Source: Octopus vulgaris (taxonomy: Eukaryota). Taken from it: DNA of 64,000 nucleotides. The translations under genes and the position numbers were made by a program. This document shows positions 27,907-39,381 of this stretch, piece by piece; position 1 is the first letter of the stretch, and each line of letters starts with the position of its first letter. Under the pieces are notes generated by a model. It was not told the origin of the DNA, did not search any database, and saw only the letters and a program-made list of their open reading frames with translations. The DNA is taken from the NCBI GenBank assembly GCA_951406725.2, contig OX597814.1, positions 170,996,001 to 171,060,000 of the forward strand. Reading direction: 5' to 3'.

Positions 27907-29341
27907 TATATATGCAATACACAAATCCAGAATATACTTTGTAAATAATTCAAGATTTGAAAAGTATTTTTTTATATGTATACCTGTTTTATTTAATTAG
28001 GGAGAGAGTGAGAGAGAGAGAGAGAAAGAGAAAAAAAGGGAAAAATGCACAACTGCTCCAAGAGTTCCTTGGTTTAATATAGATGGAAAATGTAGCAGAT
28101 GCTACTAGTTCCACTATCCCAAAAAATGCCAATGTGTAGCATATAAAACCAGGTGTTTCCAAAGTAATTTTAGTATCACAAAATAAAAAAATAAAATAAA
28201 ATAAAATAAAACTATTGTTGTTATTGTTGCTGTAGTAGTAATAGTAGTAGTAGTTATAATGTAATAAAGTTAGTTACAAAATTAAATTTACTTTACAACT
28301 ATAATTTTACCAGACTCATTTGCTACAATAAACAAATAACATTTGAAAAAGGGGTTTTTTTTTTTTCTTTTTAACGTTGTAACAATGAAAGCTTATATCT
28401 TTCTTGTCAACTTCAATAAAAGGCAACACCAAAATTAATCTATTTTACTTGTTAAACAAAACTATTTTTTTGAAAAGAAAAGCTTAAAGACTGTGTTGTC
28501 ATGCAATACAATTTCGGATAAAATAAGAAAGGTGGTAGCACAAGGAGGTAGAGGTGGGGGAATAAACAAACGGAATATAGTAGGGGAAAAAAAATTTCTA
28601 GCAGCTGTCTATGAATAGACGTAGTAGGAAACATTAAGGCAAGTGTTAAAGACGGAACCAGTTAACATTTATTGAGAAAGTAATTTGCTAACAATAACTA
28701 AAATCTAATAATAAAATTAATTAATCTTAGTTAAAACAGATGTGAAGGTCACTTAGAAAAGTTAATGCCAATTAGGAAGGAAAATCTATTTAGTTAATGA
28801 ACTTAAATCCATTGATAAATAAGGAGATACTTTCCTCCTCACTATAGTCCCCTAATGCATTAATATTAACATTATCAATGGGTTTAAATCCCACATGGCT
28901 TGAGTTTGCTCTTCATTCCTCCAATGTTGATCAAATAAATAATATTTGCAAAAATGGTGAATTTCTTTATCAGGAGTTTCCTTCCCAAAATGTGTAATCT
29001 GCTGAATTGAGAAACTGGAATGGTGAATAGTATGCCACGGACAATGATCAGGAGCAAGTGTACACTGTAACGTCTACAAGACTTCCAGAAGGCTGTTTAT
29101 TACACATTTCTCCCAACAGCTTATCTCAATTTGGCAATACTGGGTCAAACAAAGACCAAACTTTAGTACCTGGCATCTAAAATGTGACCAAACACAGTTC
29201 TTTATCTGCTGAGCCAATGTAGCCAGCAATATATCACCCCTTGCTTTCTGCAATTTTACATAAGATTAGTGGTTAGCAAAAGTAATGATATTCTAGCGGA
29301 AACTCTAGATATTAACAAAGATGTACACAACAGTAGGAATA

Positions 29342-29759
29342 GGTGTAGGAGTGGCTGTGTGGTAAGTAGCTTGCTTACGAACCGCATGGTTCCGGGTTCA
29401 GTCCCACTGCATGGCACCTTGGGCAAGTATCTTCTGCTATACCTCGGGCCAACCAAGGCCTTGTAAGTGGATTTGGTAGAGGGAAACTGAAAGAAGCCCA
29501 TCATATATATATGTGTGTATATATATATATGTATGTATGTGTGTGTATGCCTGTGTGTCTGTGTTTGTCCCCCCCAACATCGCTTGACAACTGATGTTGG
29601 TGTGTTTACGTCCCCGTAACTTAGCGGTTCGGCAAAATAGACAAATAGAATAAGTACTAGGATTACAAAGAATAAGTCCCGGGGTCGATTCATTCGACTA
29701 AAGGCGGTGCTCCAGCATGGCCACAGTCAAATGACTGAAACAAGTAAAAGAGTAAAAAG
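29342..29759 (+). mobile_element. Full-length family A SINE
   Basis: Near-identical to the 9499 copy. Confidence 0.93.
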
Positions 29760-31376
29760 CAAGTAACAGTCTATTCCAAAGAATTTAAAGCTTGGTAACT
29801 ATGGGAAACTTCTAGAAATCTCTAAATAACAGTGATACTAAGTGGAGGGTTGCTTTGGTTGTCCAGGATAAACTCTCCAGGCTTACACAAGTTTTCAGCC
29901 AAACTTGCTCAGTATTTTTTACACATAAAGTTATGCTGAGCAGGACAAATCCAGTTATCTGCTGAGTCCATTGGTGCAAATCAACTTGCCAACCTTCTTT
30001 AACCAGGAAGGGCAGGCAAGTTTTCTTTTTGCCTTTATCTACTAGCTATGACAGGATCGAAAAGATTGGGGACAGACACTTTCTTCTTTGGCTAAATTCA
30101 CAACTTCAAGTTCCATCTGAAGACAAAGTGAAAAAAGAGAAAAAACATAATGCCTGCTAGTAAATTTACTAAAAGACAAGCAAGAGTGGTGAGCATGACT
30201 CAAACTAGGGTGTCTCCTAGTATGCTGCTGTAAGGCTAGTAAACACAGCTGGGAAAATGCACTTGCTTTGTGGCAGAGTAATCAGGATTTAATGAGGTTC
30301 CCTGATTGCCTTCAGATTGTTGTTGTCTAATTGTGACATTTTGCTTTATTATTCTGCTATTTTCATGCTAACTTTCTCAGGCTCGGTTCTATATAAATTC
30401 AAATATTTGTAATTTATCACTGTATAATAACCCTCACCAACTACTGTTGTAGCTAATAAAACAAACATCCTCATCATCACTTATTGTTGGTTGTTATTAT
30501 TATTATTATCATTATTATTATTGTTATTATTAAGGCAATGGACTGGCAGAATCACTAGGGTGTTGGAAGAAAGTGTCTTTTAGTAGTAATTGTTCTGGCT
30601 TTAAAGTTCTGAGTTCAAATCTTACCTCAGTCAACTTTGCCTTTCATACTTTCAGGGTCAATAAAAAAGGGGGCTTGGCGATACTGACTAACAACCCTCA
30701 CTGCAAAAATGCTGACCTTGTGCCTAAATCAGAAATGTTTTTATTATCATTGTTGTTGTCACTGTTAGCACTACTGTATCACTGAAAAGTGGTTCTTTGG
30801 ATTCACTGGCACCACATTCTTGGCAATAATGTGTGTTGATTTCCTTCCAAACATTCCATTAACCTCAATCGTGCTTTTCTGTTTGTTTGTTTATTGTTTG
30901 TTTGTGTATGTATGTACATATATTAAATTATTTGTTTAGTGCCAGGTCAACCATGATTGGGCTGACCCTATGATTAAAGGCATTCTAGCAGAGAACATTC
31001 TATGTTTTTAGGGATATACACTATATTACCCATTTTTATTAAGACAGCAGGGTGATATGAGAGAGCCTTAGCAGTTATTCCAATCTGACCAAACAACTGT
31101 ATACAAAGTTTGTAACAGACATTGTACGCACTTCTCAACACTAACATGTATTAGAGGGACTTGTGGAAATCCCATTTTATAACCTTACTACTTTCTGTTT
31201 TCAAGCTTAGATTTACAGATCTTTATAATAATGTTTCTTTATGCTAAATATTTTGAATGTGTCTTCAATTTCATTCTACAGTTAAGTTTATATAGAGGAG
31301 AGGTCTCCCACATCAGTGCTTTAGCACTTATCAAACTAGTTACAAATCAAGGGGTTGTGAATCTGTAATACCGGTG

Positions 31377-31599
31377 CCTTAAGTGTTTAAACCAGCCATA
31401 TTCGGCCCAAATATTCTACATGCTTTATATTCAAACTGGCGATATCTAGCCTCTCACACCTAACCTACATTGATATTCTAAAAATAAACTATCACATCAT
31501 TGAAACCTCAAAAGCTATAAGACAATGCAGAATTCATTTAAAACAATTTGAAAAAAAAAAATTACATTTAACAGAGTAATCTGAACACTAAGGGGTTAA
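31377..31599 (+). mobile_element. TTAA-flanked piggyBac-like MITE, family P2
   Basis: Homologous to 20610-20828; ends CTAAGGGGTTAA. Confidence 0.75.
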
Positions 31600-31777
31600 A
31601 ACTAAACAATCATCCCTAATTACCAGCAGGGAGTAAGAAGAAACATGCAGAAAAGAAATCATAGGTAAACATATTTGTTGATGAACCGATTGTTTTATAT
31701 ATATATATATCATATAAAGTTTCTGACTACATAGTTTGTGTTGCTTCTTCTTTCAACCTTTTTGATACCAATCTACC

Positions 31778-32104
31778 TTGGCCCTTTCAGGAAAATAAAT
31801 TTCATAGGTGTAGAATCACAGGAAGGTTTCCAGAGAAAATTGACTTTGTATGTGGAATGTAAGAGCAATAAATACAGGAAATAGATATTTTCAAAATGCC
31901 CTGAAGGATTCCTAGAGGGAGTAAGATAGCTTCTGTTAACTAGGTAACCTAATTAGCACTGGCGGAGAATGTTCTGAAATTATAGTAACCAGGGTAAAAT
32001 ACAATCAGGCTAGGGAAAAGTTCAGAGAGATGTCACCACTGTGGGCTGCAAAAGGAGAGTAGACAACTGTATGATGTTTGTGTACAAACTGCAATGCTAT
32101 AAGG
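31778..32104 (+). pseudogene. Decayed RTE-clade LINE ORF2 fragment; left arm of a 327-bp inverted duplication
   Basis: Broken translation KCPEGFLEGV/DSFC*LGNLISTGGECSEIIVTRVK...EKFREMSPLWAAKG/..LYDVCVQTAML resembles the RTE post-RT motif (V..F.YLG.........I..R.....F..L...LY...V...MLYG). Confidence 0.7.
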
Positions 32105-32819
32105 ACACAAAAGCACACTTGATTCTAAGATAGAAACTTTGTGTTTTAAGTTTTAAAGTGTTTTAGGACTTCCATCAACATTTCCTGTTAATTATTGTTT
32201 CAAACACTAGATTAATAACAGCAAAGCTATTTTACAAACTTTCTCCATTATTTTCAAAATTAATTGAAACAAATGCAGTGTATTTTCAATGGAAAATACA
32301 AACAAAATGGTTAAGACAGTAGGATATGACTGAAGAGCAATTTAGCAACCATATAAACGATCCTGTTTTCACAAGTGATTTTAAAAGGCATACTTGCCAC
32401 TAAATGCTATAAAAAAATTAAATAAATTTTTTTTAAAAGTGTTGTAAGTAACAGCTTATGAGTTGTATCATATCGACTCAAGCAGACATAATTAATCAGG
32501 ATTTTTTTTCTATTTGCTTGCCTGGTGTTTTTTTTTTAAATTTTATTTATACGCCATTAAGATTAATCAATATAAATTTGATAAAGGGATTAATTAAAAA
32601 CAAATATGAACAAGTGTATTCTTGGAGATTTCAAAAGAAATACATTGATTTTAGTTATAAACAGATTAAAAGATAAACACCAGTTTACAAGTAACCTATT
32701 TCTTGAGCTTGTTTACACCCAAATCAATCCTGATCAAGCAGAATATGATCAAAGTTGTTTTCGTTGTAACCATTCCATGTTATTTCCCCCAAACACAGCA
32801 GCCAGTATCTTTCCTTTTA

Positions 32820-32870
32820 ACATAACAGGATGTGATAAGGGAGACTTAGCTGCCATTTCTAGCAAGTAGT
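32820..32870 (-). repeat. Old dispersed repeat, family E (motif GCTAGAAATAGCAGC.AAATCTCCC)
   Basis: The motif recurs in either orientation at about 8883, 9070, 25595, 26510, 32830, 33590, 41740, 43045 and 43258; class not determined. Confidence 0.55.
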
Positions 32871-33008
32871 CAGATACAAAGCTCCCTGTAGCTTGTTCAT
32901 AGCAGAAGTTGTTTTAGCACCGGTCAGCTCTGATCCATCTGATTTATGACCAAAAGTGCTTCATCTATGAACTTCTCCCCACCCCATTCCTTTTTTTTTT
33001 TTGCTTCT

Positions 33009-33558
33009 AGGCACAGGTATGGTTGTGTGGTAAGGTTCCAGATTCAGTTGTACTGTGTAATACCTTTGGCAAGTGACGTCAACTATAGCCTTGGGTCAAC
33101 CACAGCCTTGAGTAGATGAGTATGCATCATGTTTGACCCCTCCAGCACTGGACAAAGGTGTTGGTTTAAGTCCTTATAACTTAGGAGTTTGACACAAGAG
33201 ACTGATAAAATAAATATGTACTATGGTTGATTTGTTTAATCAAAACTCTTCAATGTGATGCCCCAGCATGGCCACAGTCTAATGACTAGAACAAGTAAAA
33301 GATATATTTACAACTATTGGTGTGTAAAAAGCACCAACCGATCATGGCTGTTGCCAGCCTCCCCTGGCACCTGTGCCAGTGGCACGTAAAAAGCACCCAC
33401 TACACTCATGGAGTGGTTGGCGTTAGGAAGGCCATCCAGCTGTAGAAACACTGCGAGATCAGACTGGAGCCTGGTGCAGCCTCCTGGCTTCCCAGACCCC
33501 AGTCGAACCGTCCAACCCATGCTAGCATGGAAAGCGGACATTAAACGATGATGATGAT
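33009..33558 (+). mobile_element. Degenerate family A SINE (33009-33302) followed by a 5'-truncated family C element (33318-33558)
   Basis: The A tail ACAAGTAAAAGAT is followed by a C subrepeat and a GAT tail. Confidence 0.85.
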
Positions 33559-35988
33559 TACCAAATACCTCCATTTTTAAAGCTAGTAGGATATGATTTG
33601 AAGGAATTTTAGCTGTTATTTCTAGTAAGCTGGACGTCTCTTATTTGCTCAATTGCAATTTGCTTTCCAGCATTGATTGGAAGAAGGTTTAATATCCAGA
33701 GCTAATGCCTTCGTAGAAAGACATCTATGTCAGTCAGCTAATATATTCTAGATATCAGATGGTAGTGGTGGATGTGAAATGTTAAATTAATCCTACGTTT
33801 GCCCTAATGAAGATGGAAAAGAGAAAAAGAAAGATAAAACCAGGAAGGAAAAACCAGAAATAAACATTGAAAGAAGATCATGTAAAAATAAAAAAAGAAT
33901 TTTTTAAAAAATCAACTAATCTTCTTCAAATCCAAGATTCATGGATAACCTGCGAGTCTTATTTCTAAGGCTTGCAATAAAAATAAATAAAAATTTTTTT
34001 GAAAAAAATTTAAAAAATTTGAAAGTTACTTTTAAATGACCTGGAAAGATATTTTCAAAATGGTAAAAAGTGAAATCTAAAGAAGACATATGAAAATGTC
34101 CTGATTTTATGAATTACTAAAATAAATAAATAAAATAAATAAATAAAATAAATAAATAAATAAAAACAAAAAACAGAAGTAAGGTTGGAGCATAAGCTGC
34201 TTCTAGAAATGGGATATCATTTAATGAAGCATCACCAATGACACTGTTGCTAAGAGAATTATTTTGGTTTGCTTGTATAAATTCACTTTCTTCATAGTGA
34301 CTAACGACTACCACAACAAACTCTTCCCTGATTAGATGCAGCCAATGATTCCACTGCATTAAATTAAACCATATTTTAACAAACTTCAAACGAAACAAAT
34401 GCTTCATTAATTTCCAAGCTGTATTCTCATGAAAATGAAATTATTCTATCAAGGAACATAAAGACAAAGAAAGCAAATATAGCATTACTTATAAGACAAG
34501 GTTGGTTTCCTTTCTCTCTTTTTCTCATTTTTATTTTCCTCTTATAGAGATTTTAATTTCCTCCTACACATTACTATTAATTACTGCATTGGATTACTTA
34601 ACTAAAAATTCTTAATCTGCCAAATGAAAGTTTTAAAAAAAAATGGCCTGCAAACATATTAATGAAAAATAATGTAACCAAATACTAATTATTAAAGGAA
34701 TTTAAGCTCAGATTAGTTTTTTTGCTTTCTATTTTTTTAATTCAATTTAAGATTTTCTAGTTGTTGCTCAATATAAATTAGGTCTTATCTACTTATCTAC
34801 TCATCGAAAAAAGATCTACTTGAAACATAATATTAAGAAAAACATCACAGTATGTGTCACATAGCGAATGGTGGTATGTTTTAAGTGAACTGTGACCAAA
34901 AGTGAGCTTTTGATTTGCAGTAAATCTATTCTCACTTTTTATTATTATTATTATTTTTTTTTTTTTTGGATTACTAAAGTGTGTAGTCTACAATTCTGTA
35001 AATATGAAGATTTAAATGTAATGGAGAGGGTATTTTCATCGTTATTTAATATCTACCTTCCGTGTGGGCATAAGTTGGGCCATTTAACAGATCTGACAAG
35101 TTCAGAGATCTGCTGAGCACCAGTGTCTGTTTTCTCATGGTTTCTATAACTGGATGCCCTTCCTAACACCAACCACTTTATAGAGTACAGTTTTTTTTTG
35201 TTTTTTTTTTTTAGGGGGAATATCAGCAGTAATGAGGTTGTCATATAACTTGAAAGTCTCTTTAAATGAGTGGGAGTATAATAGAGAGGGGGACTGATTT
35301 ATACTAAGTGTTGAGATGTTAATGTACAATAGAGGTATAGGAACAAGTCTGTTGCCGGAGAGGACACACATGGCTAACTACCCTGCATTATACAAAGATG
35401 AGTGAGAGAAACTGTAGTGGAGCTGAAAAAGAAGCTTATGCAGATGATGTGGTGTCAGAATATATTCTCAAGGTACAAATTAATAGAAGTGAGAGAGAGA
35501 ATGGGGACATAAGATCAGGAAGGGTTGGTAAGAATGTGAGAAGATTCAGAGCAGGTTAGAGATAGGGGTAAATGCAGTTAATGGAGCAAGAATAAAAGGG
35601 TGTGTAGGTGAGAAAAACTGAGAGATGGCTGTCCTTAGAAGTGACTCAGGAGAGGATGTGATGATCAGCAGTAGAGAAAGGGTGAAAGTCAGAAACTCTG
35701 CCAGATCAAAATTGGAGCCTGGTGCAGCCATCTGGTTCGCCAGCCCCCAGTCAAATTGTCTAACCCATACTAGCATGGAAAGCGGACGTTAAACGATGAT
35801 GATGATGATGATGATAGGGGAAAAAATGAGAAATGGGTAGGTGGCAGGTGGAGAGGGTAGGTAAAGGTTGCAACAGAGTGAAATGCAAGGAGAGTGAGCA
35901 GCATAAAGTGATTGGATTGGAGAATGTCAAAAGGTGCACACTACATCTCATTTCTCTTATGCTCAGTTTTTCACTCAACATTTTGTAC

Positions 35989-36202
35989 TCATTTTCTTTT
36001 TGTGCCTTATAATTTAACACACTCACCTGTAAAATTTCCACTTGTTTCTTATTTTTATTTTCCTAAAATTTTCGTTGCGTCTTGCAACCTTTTCAATAGT
36101 CTTGAAAAGGTTGCAAGATGCAACAAAAATTTTAGGAAAATAAAAATAAGTGGAAATTTTACCAGTGAGTGTGTTACATTATAAAAGACAAAAAGAAAAT
36201 GA
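35989..36202. repeat. Palindrome of about 210 bp (arms 35989-36096 and 36102-36202, loop TAGTC); probable Penelope-like inverted terminal repeat
   Basis: ...CCTAAAATTTTCGTTGCGTCTTGCAACCTTTTCAA-TAGTC-TTGAAAAGGTTGCAAGATGCAACAAAAATTTTAGG...; pairing extends about 100 bp with one 7-nt indel. Confidence 0.92.
36062..36101 (-). ncRNA. Minimal hammerhead-like motif with U3-A8 core
   Basis: The minus strand reads gaCTA TTGAAAA g GTTGC aagac GCAAC GAAA attt TAGg. Confidence 0.5.
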
Positions 36203-36395
36203 CTCTCCCCAGACACAACGGATTATGCTTCAACACACGAACTCATATAAAGAATCTTGCAAACCAAATCCCAAAACGAAATATATAGTACTCAGTTATT
36301 CATGAAGACATACAATGCACATTCAGTTGAGGATGTTTCTTTCATTTCTCTCTAGTCGTTACAAGCCTCCTGCGTTCAGGTCCCATGTCTTATTA

Positions 36396-36722
36396 CCTTA
36401 TAGTATTGCAGTTTGTACACAAACATCATACAGTTGTCTACTCTCCTTTTGCAGCCCACACTGGTGACATCTCTCTGAACTTTTCCCTAGCCTGATTTTA
36501 TTTTACCCTGGTTACTATAATTTCAGAACATTCTCCGCCAGTGCTAATTAGGTTACCTAGTTAACAGAAGCTATCTTACTACCTCTAGGAATCCTTCAGG
36601 GCATTTTGAAAATATCTATTTCCTGTATTTATTGCTCTTACATTCCACATACAAAGTCAATTTTCTCTGGAAACCTTCCTGTGATTCTACACCTATGAAA
36701 TTTATTTTCCTGAAAGGGCCAA
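36396..36722 (-). pseudogene. Right arm of the 327-bp inverted duplication (decayed RTE fragment)
   Basis: Reverse complement of 31778-32104 with about 4 mismatches by eye. Confidence 0.9.
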
Positions 36723-36819
36723 CAATGAAAAATATAGCTGTGACCATATTATCCATTGCAAAGTGGCTCTTCCTTTTGGAAGACACTATAGTGTGCTGTA
36801 AGAGGTGTAGCTACTGTTT

Positions 36820-37032
36820 CTAGTGAACTGAGTGGCCACAAGCACAATTTAAATTCAGTAAGTTTTAATTTTATTTAAACAATCAAGAGAAACTGAAGAA
36901 ACAAGAGAATATACAAATAAAAGGAAAAAGAAAACAACTGTGGACCACTTGGGTGGCATACTGACCAAGATTTGTAGATGCCTCTAGCAAGTAAAACTAA
37001 ATATTTTGATAAAAAGTTCATCACAAAAAAGA

Positions 37033-37091
<59 letters not shown>

Positions 37092-37342
37092 ACACAAGAT
37101 TTAAAAACTAAGTAGCATGGAATGTAAAAATTTAGAAATTATAGTCATTACAAACAGAGATTCTACTTGATCCCTATTCCACATGTCAGAGAGAAAAAGT
37201 GAAGGTATATTTCAAACTTATTGCAGTAAATAAACTTCACTGAGCATAAAAGTTGTTTAAAACGCTGAATCTATTTACACTCATTTGCTAGTGAACTAGA
37301 GTGGCCACAAGCACAATTTAAATTCAGTAAGTTTTAATTTTA
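36820..37342 (+). repeat. Direct duplication of about 55 bp (36820-36873 and 37288-37342)
   Basis: CTAGTGAACT(A)GAGTGGCCACAAGCACAATTTAAATTCAGTAAGTTTTAATTTTA occurs twice; the second copy is followed by a poly(A) run. Confidence 0.92.
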
Positions 37343-37569
37343 AAAAAAAAAAAAAAAAAAAAGACTCACTAGTGTTTTGAAGACACCAACATTTATTTAT
37401 GAAAAAAAAAGTTTAAAATCATGAATGGGTGCAGGCATGGCTGTGTAGTTAAGAAAGCTCACTTTGCGGCTTTTAAGTTCAATCCCAATGCACACCACCT
37501 GTATCTTCAAATATAGCCTCAGGTGAACCAATGTCTTGAGAATGAATTTGGTAAATGGATAATATATAA

Positions 37570-37623
<54 letters not shown>

Positions 37624-37625
37624 CA

Positions 37626-38020
37626 GGCGCAGGAGTAAGTAGCTTGTTTACCAACCACATGGTTCTGGGTTCAGTCCCACTGCATGACACCTTGGGCAAG
37701 TGTCTTCTACTATAGTCTCGGGCCGACCAAAGCCTTGTGAGTGGATTTGGTAGACGGAAACTGAAAGAAGCCCGTCGTATATATGTATATATATATATGC
37801 GTGTGTGTGTTTGTGCGTCTGTGTTTGTCCCCCTAGCATTGCTTGACAACCGATGCTGGTGTGTTTATGCCCCCGTTACTTAGCGGTTCGGCAAAAGGGG
37901 CCGATAGAATAAGTACTGGGCTTACAAAAGAATAAGTCCCTGGTCGAGTTGCTCGATTAAAGGCGGTGCTCCAGCATGGCCGCAGTCAAATGACTGAAAC
38001 AAGTAAAAGAGTAAAGAGTA
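37626..38020 (+). mobile_element. Family A SINE with a short deletion in the A-box, preceded by an older A head at 37428-37560
   Basis: Near-identical to 25864 except that the GGCTGTGTGGT segment is missing. Confidence 0.93.
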
Positions 38021-38070
38021 TTATAATATATATATTTTATTTATTTAATTGAATGCAATGCAGCCATTCC

Positions 38071-38128
<58 letters not shown>

Positions 38129-38140
38129 CATATATATATA

Positions 38141-38406
38141 TCATCATCATCATCGTTTAGCGTCCGTTTTCCATGCTATGGGTTGGACGGTTCTACTGGG
38201 GTCTGTGAAGTCAGAAGGCTTCATCAGGCCCAGTCAAATCTGGCAGTGTTTCTACGGCTGGATGCCCTTCCTAACGCCAACCACTCCGTGAGTGTAGTGG
38301 GTGCTTTTTACGTGCCACCCGCACTGGTGCCAGACAGAGCTGGCAAACGGCCACGAATGGATGGTGCTTTTTATGTGCCACCGGCACGAGGGCCAGGCGA
38401 GGCTGG

Positions 38407-38410
<4 letters not shown>
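38141..38410 (-). mobile_element. Family C retroposon 3' part between microsatellites
   Basis: Reverse complement of the 27552 copy, starting (CAT)n CGTTTAGCGTCCGTTTTCCATGC. Confidence 0.85.
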
Positions 38411-38479
<69 letters not shown>

Positions 38480-39182
38480 TTGAACTTTACAGAAAAACAA
38501 AAGACGAAGACAGGTGTATAAACAACATGACTGGAGTTTCTTTGATCGAAGGTAACCTGTGGCTAAACAACAGAGAACAAATCATCATCACCATTCTAAT
38601 ATCCACATTTTGATTCTTGCATGGCTCTCATGGAGTTTATTGAGGCATATTTTCTATGGCCAAATGCCCTTCTTATCGCCAAGCATGAAAATATTTCTTC
38701 ACGGCCAGACATGTTTTACACAGAATATTGCAAATGACTGACATTCATTTATAACAATCACACAATGACAAAACAAGGAGGCACAAAAATACACATGTAC
38801 GTGACAGGCTTCTTTCAGTTTCCATCTACAAAGTCCACTCACAAGACATATGCCCAAGAAGCTACACAGTGGAACTGAACCTCAAACCATCTGATTAGGA
38901 AGCAAACTTCTTAGCCACACAGTCATCTATGTACTGATGCTAAGGTGATCAATGTAATATAACAGAAGCAGAATCACTTAAGATATGTCTTAACTTAGAA
39001 TCCAATAATATAGAGAGAAACTTTAGCAGTCTCCTTTTTTTCACATATCAGTCCAAGATTACTCTTAATTTTTTTTTTAGTTGTCAATTTGAATAAAAAT
39101 GACTGCAATACAGATATTATAAGGCATATGAGCTGGCAATCATTAAGGCAGTAGATAGAACATTTTGTGGTATTTGTTCTGG

Positions 39183-39381
39183 GTGAAATGCTTAGCGGTA
39201 TTTTGTCTTCCGCTACGTTCTAAGTTCAAATTCCACCGAGGTCGACTTTGCCTTTCATCCTTTTCGGGTCGATTAAATAAGTACCAGTTACACACTGCGG
39301 TCGATGTTATCAACTCAATCCATTTGTCTGTCCTTGTTTGTCCCCTCTGTGTTTTAGCCTCTTGTGGGTAGTTAAGAAATA
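39183..39381 (+). mobile_element. Young 5'-truncated family B2 SINE inserted into an older B copy (39121-39460), with 14-bp TSD
   Basis: TSD GGTATTTGTTCTGG at 39169-39182 and 39382-39395. Confidence 0.9.

Noticed and set aside
31952-31975. miR-96/183-like sequence TTAGCACTGGCGGAGAAT
   Set aside because: Seed mismatch, no local pre-miRNA hairpin, and it lies in an RTE fragment.
31778-36722. A single 4.9-kb DNA transposon with 327-bp TIRs
   Set aside because: There is no TSD or transposase inside, and the arms are LINE ORF2-derived.
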